From: Felis catus
Lineage: Eukaryota
Direction of reading: 5' to 3'
Assembly (NCBI RefSeq): GCF_018350175.1
Contig: NC_058368.1
Span: 198,526,001-198,590,000, forward strand
DNA: 64,000 nt
In this document: positions 63,100-64,000 of the stretch, in pieces
How the letters are laid out: each line of letters begins with the position of its first letter
Position numbering within the stretch: position 1 is the first letter of the stretch
The notes under the pieces: model-generated
Seen by the model: only the letters and a program-made list of their open reading frames with translations
Told to the model about the DNA's origin: nothing
Database searches by the model: none
Made by a program: the position numbers and the translations under genes

Positions 63100-64000
63100 C
63101 TAAACATACTCACAGAAGTAATAAATTCAGTAAAGTCACAGGATACAAATGCAATATTGCATTTCTATACAACAATAATGAGGCAGCAGAAAGAGAAATT
63201 AAGAAATCAATCCCATTTATAATTGTACCAAAAGCAACAAGATACCTAGGAATAAACCTACCCAAAGAGGTAAAAGACCTGTACTCTGAAAACTATAAAA
63301 CACTGATGAAAGAAATTGAAGATGACACAAAGAAATGGAAAGATATTCCATGTTCATGGATTACAAGAACAAATATTGTTAAAATGTCGATACTACCCAA
63401 AGCCATCTACACATTTAATGCAATCCCTACCAAAATACTAACAGCACTTTTCACAGAGCTAGAACAGACAATCCTAAAATTTGTATAGAAACACAAACCC
63501 CCACTAGCCAAAGCAACCATGAAAAAGAAAAAAAAAAAAAGCTGGAGGCATCACATTTTGGACTTCAAGTTATATTACAAAGCTGTAGTGGTAAAAACAG
63601 TATGGTACTGGCACAAAAATAGACATATAGATCAATGGAACAGAATAGAAAACCCAGAAATGAACCCACAATTATATGGTCAATTAATCACACAGCAGGA
63701 AAGAAGATTCAATGGGAAAAGGTCTCTTCAACAAATGGTATTGGGAAAACTGGACAACAACATGCAAAAGAATGAAACTGGACCACTTTCTCATACCATA
63801 CACAAAAATAAATTCAAAATAGATTAAAGACCTAAATGGAGACCTGAAGCCATAAAAATCCTAGAGGAGAACACAGGCAATAACCTCTTTGACATCAGCC
63901 TAGCAACTTCTTTCTAAATAATGATGCCTGAGGCAAGAGAAACAAAAGCAGAAATAAACTATTGGGACTTCATCAAAAAAAGGCTTTTCCATAGGGAAGG
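63100..64000 (+). mobile_element. Decayed L1 ORF2 (RT-distal region), runs off the window
   Basis: Peptides [18 protein letters not shown]...[10 protein letters not shown] and [33 protein letters not shown]; several frameshifts. Confidence 0.95.

Overview
Repeat-dense, apparently non-coding mammalian genomic DNA, most likely from a felid. It carries about 27 carnivore tRNA-derived CAN-SINEs (several of the cat SINEC_Fc type) and a young cat-type L1 3' end. I found no intact host protein-coding gene, structural RNA gene, CpG island or CRISPR array. The only ORFs I recognise are retroelement remnants: L1 ORF2 (12940-14099, 63100-64000), ERV-L pol/integrase/dUTPase (about 6412-8865, minus strand) and a MaLR internal ORF (about 39130-39350). 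The rest of the ORF track looks like noise from repeats and microsatellites. The points worth a second look are mostly retrotransposition mechanics: (1) an L1 whose tail contains direct and inverted copies of its own target-site flank; (2) a probable twin-primed inverted L1 at the right edge; (3) a complete LTR-int-LTR MaLR provirus with TSD; (4) two loci where SINEs re-used the same target site. There is also a strong CTCF motif, an RFX X-box and one candidate non-coding exon. I do not see a convincing novel biological system. Repeat family names come from recalled consensus sequences, not a database search, and boundaries of old repeats are approximate.
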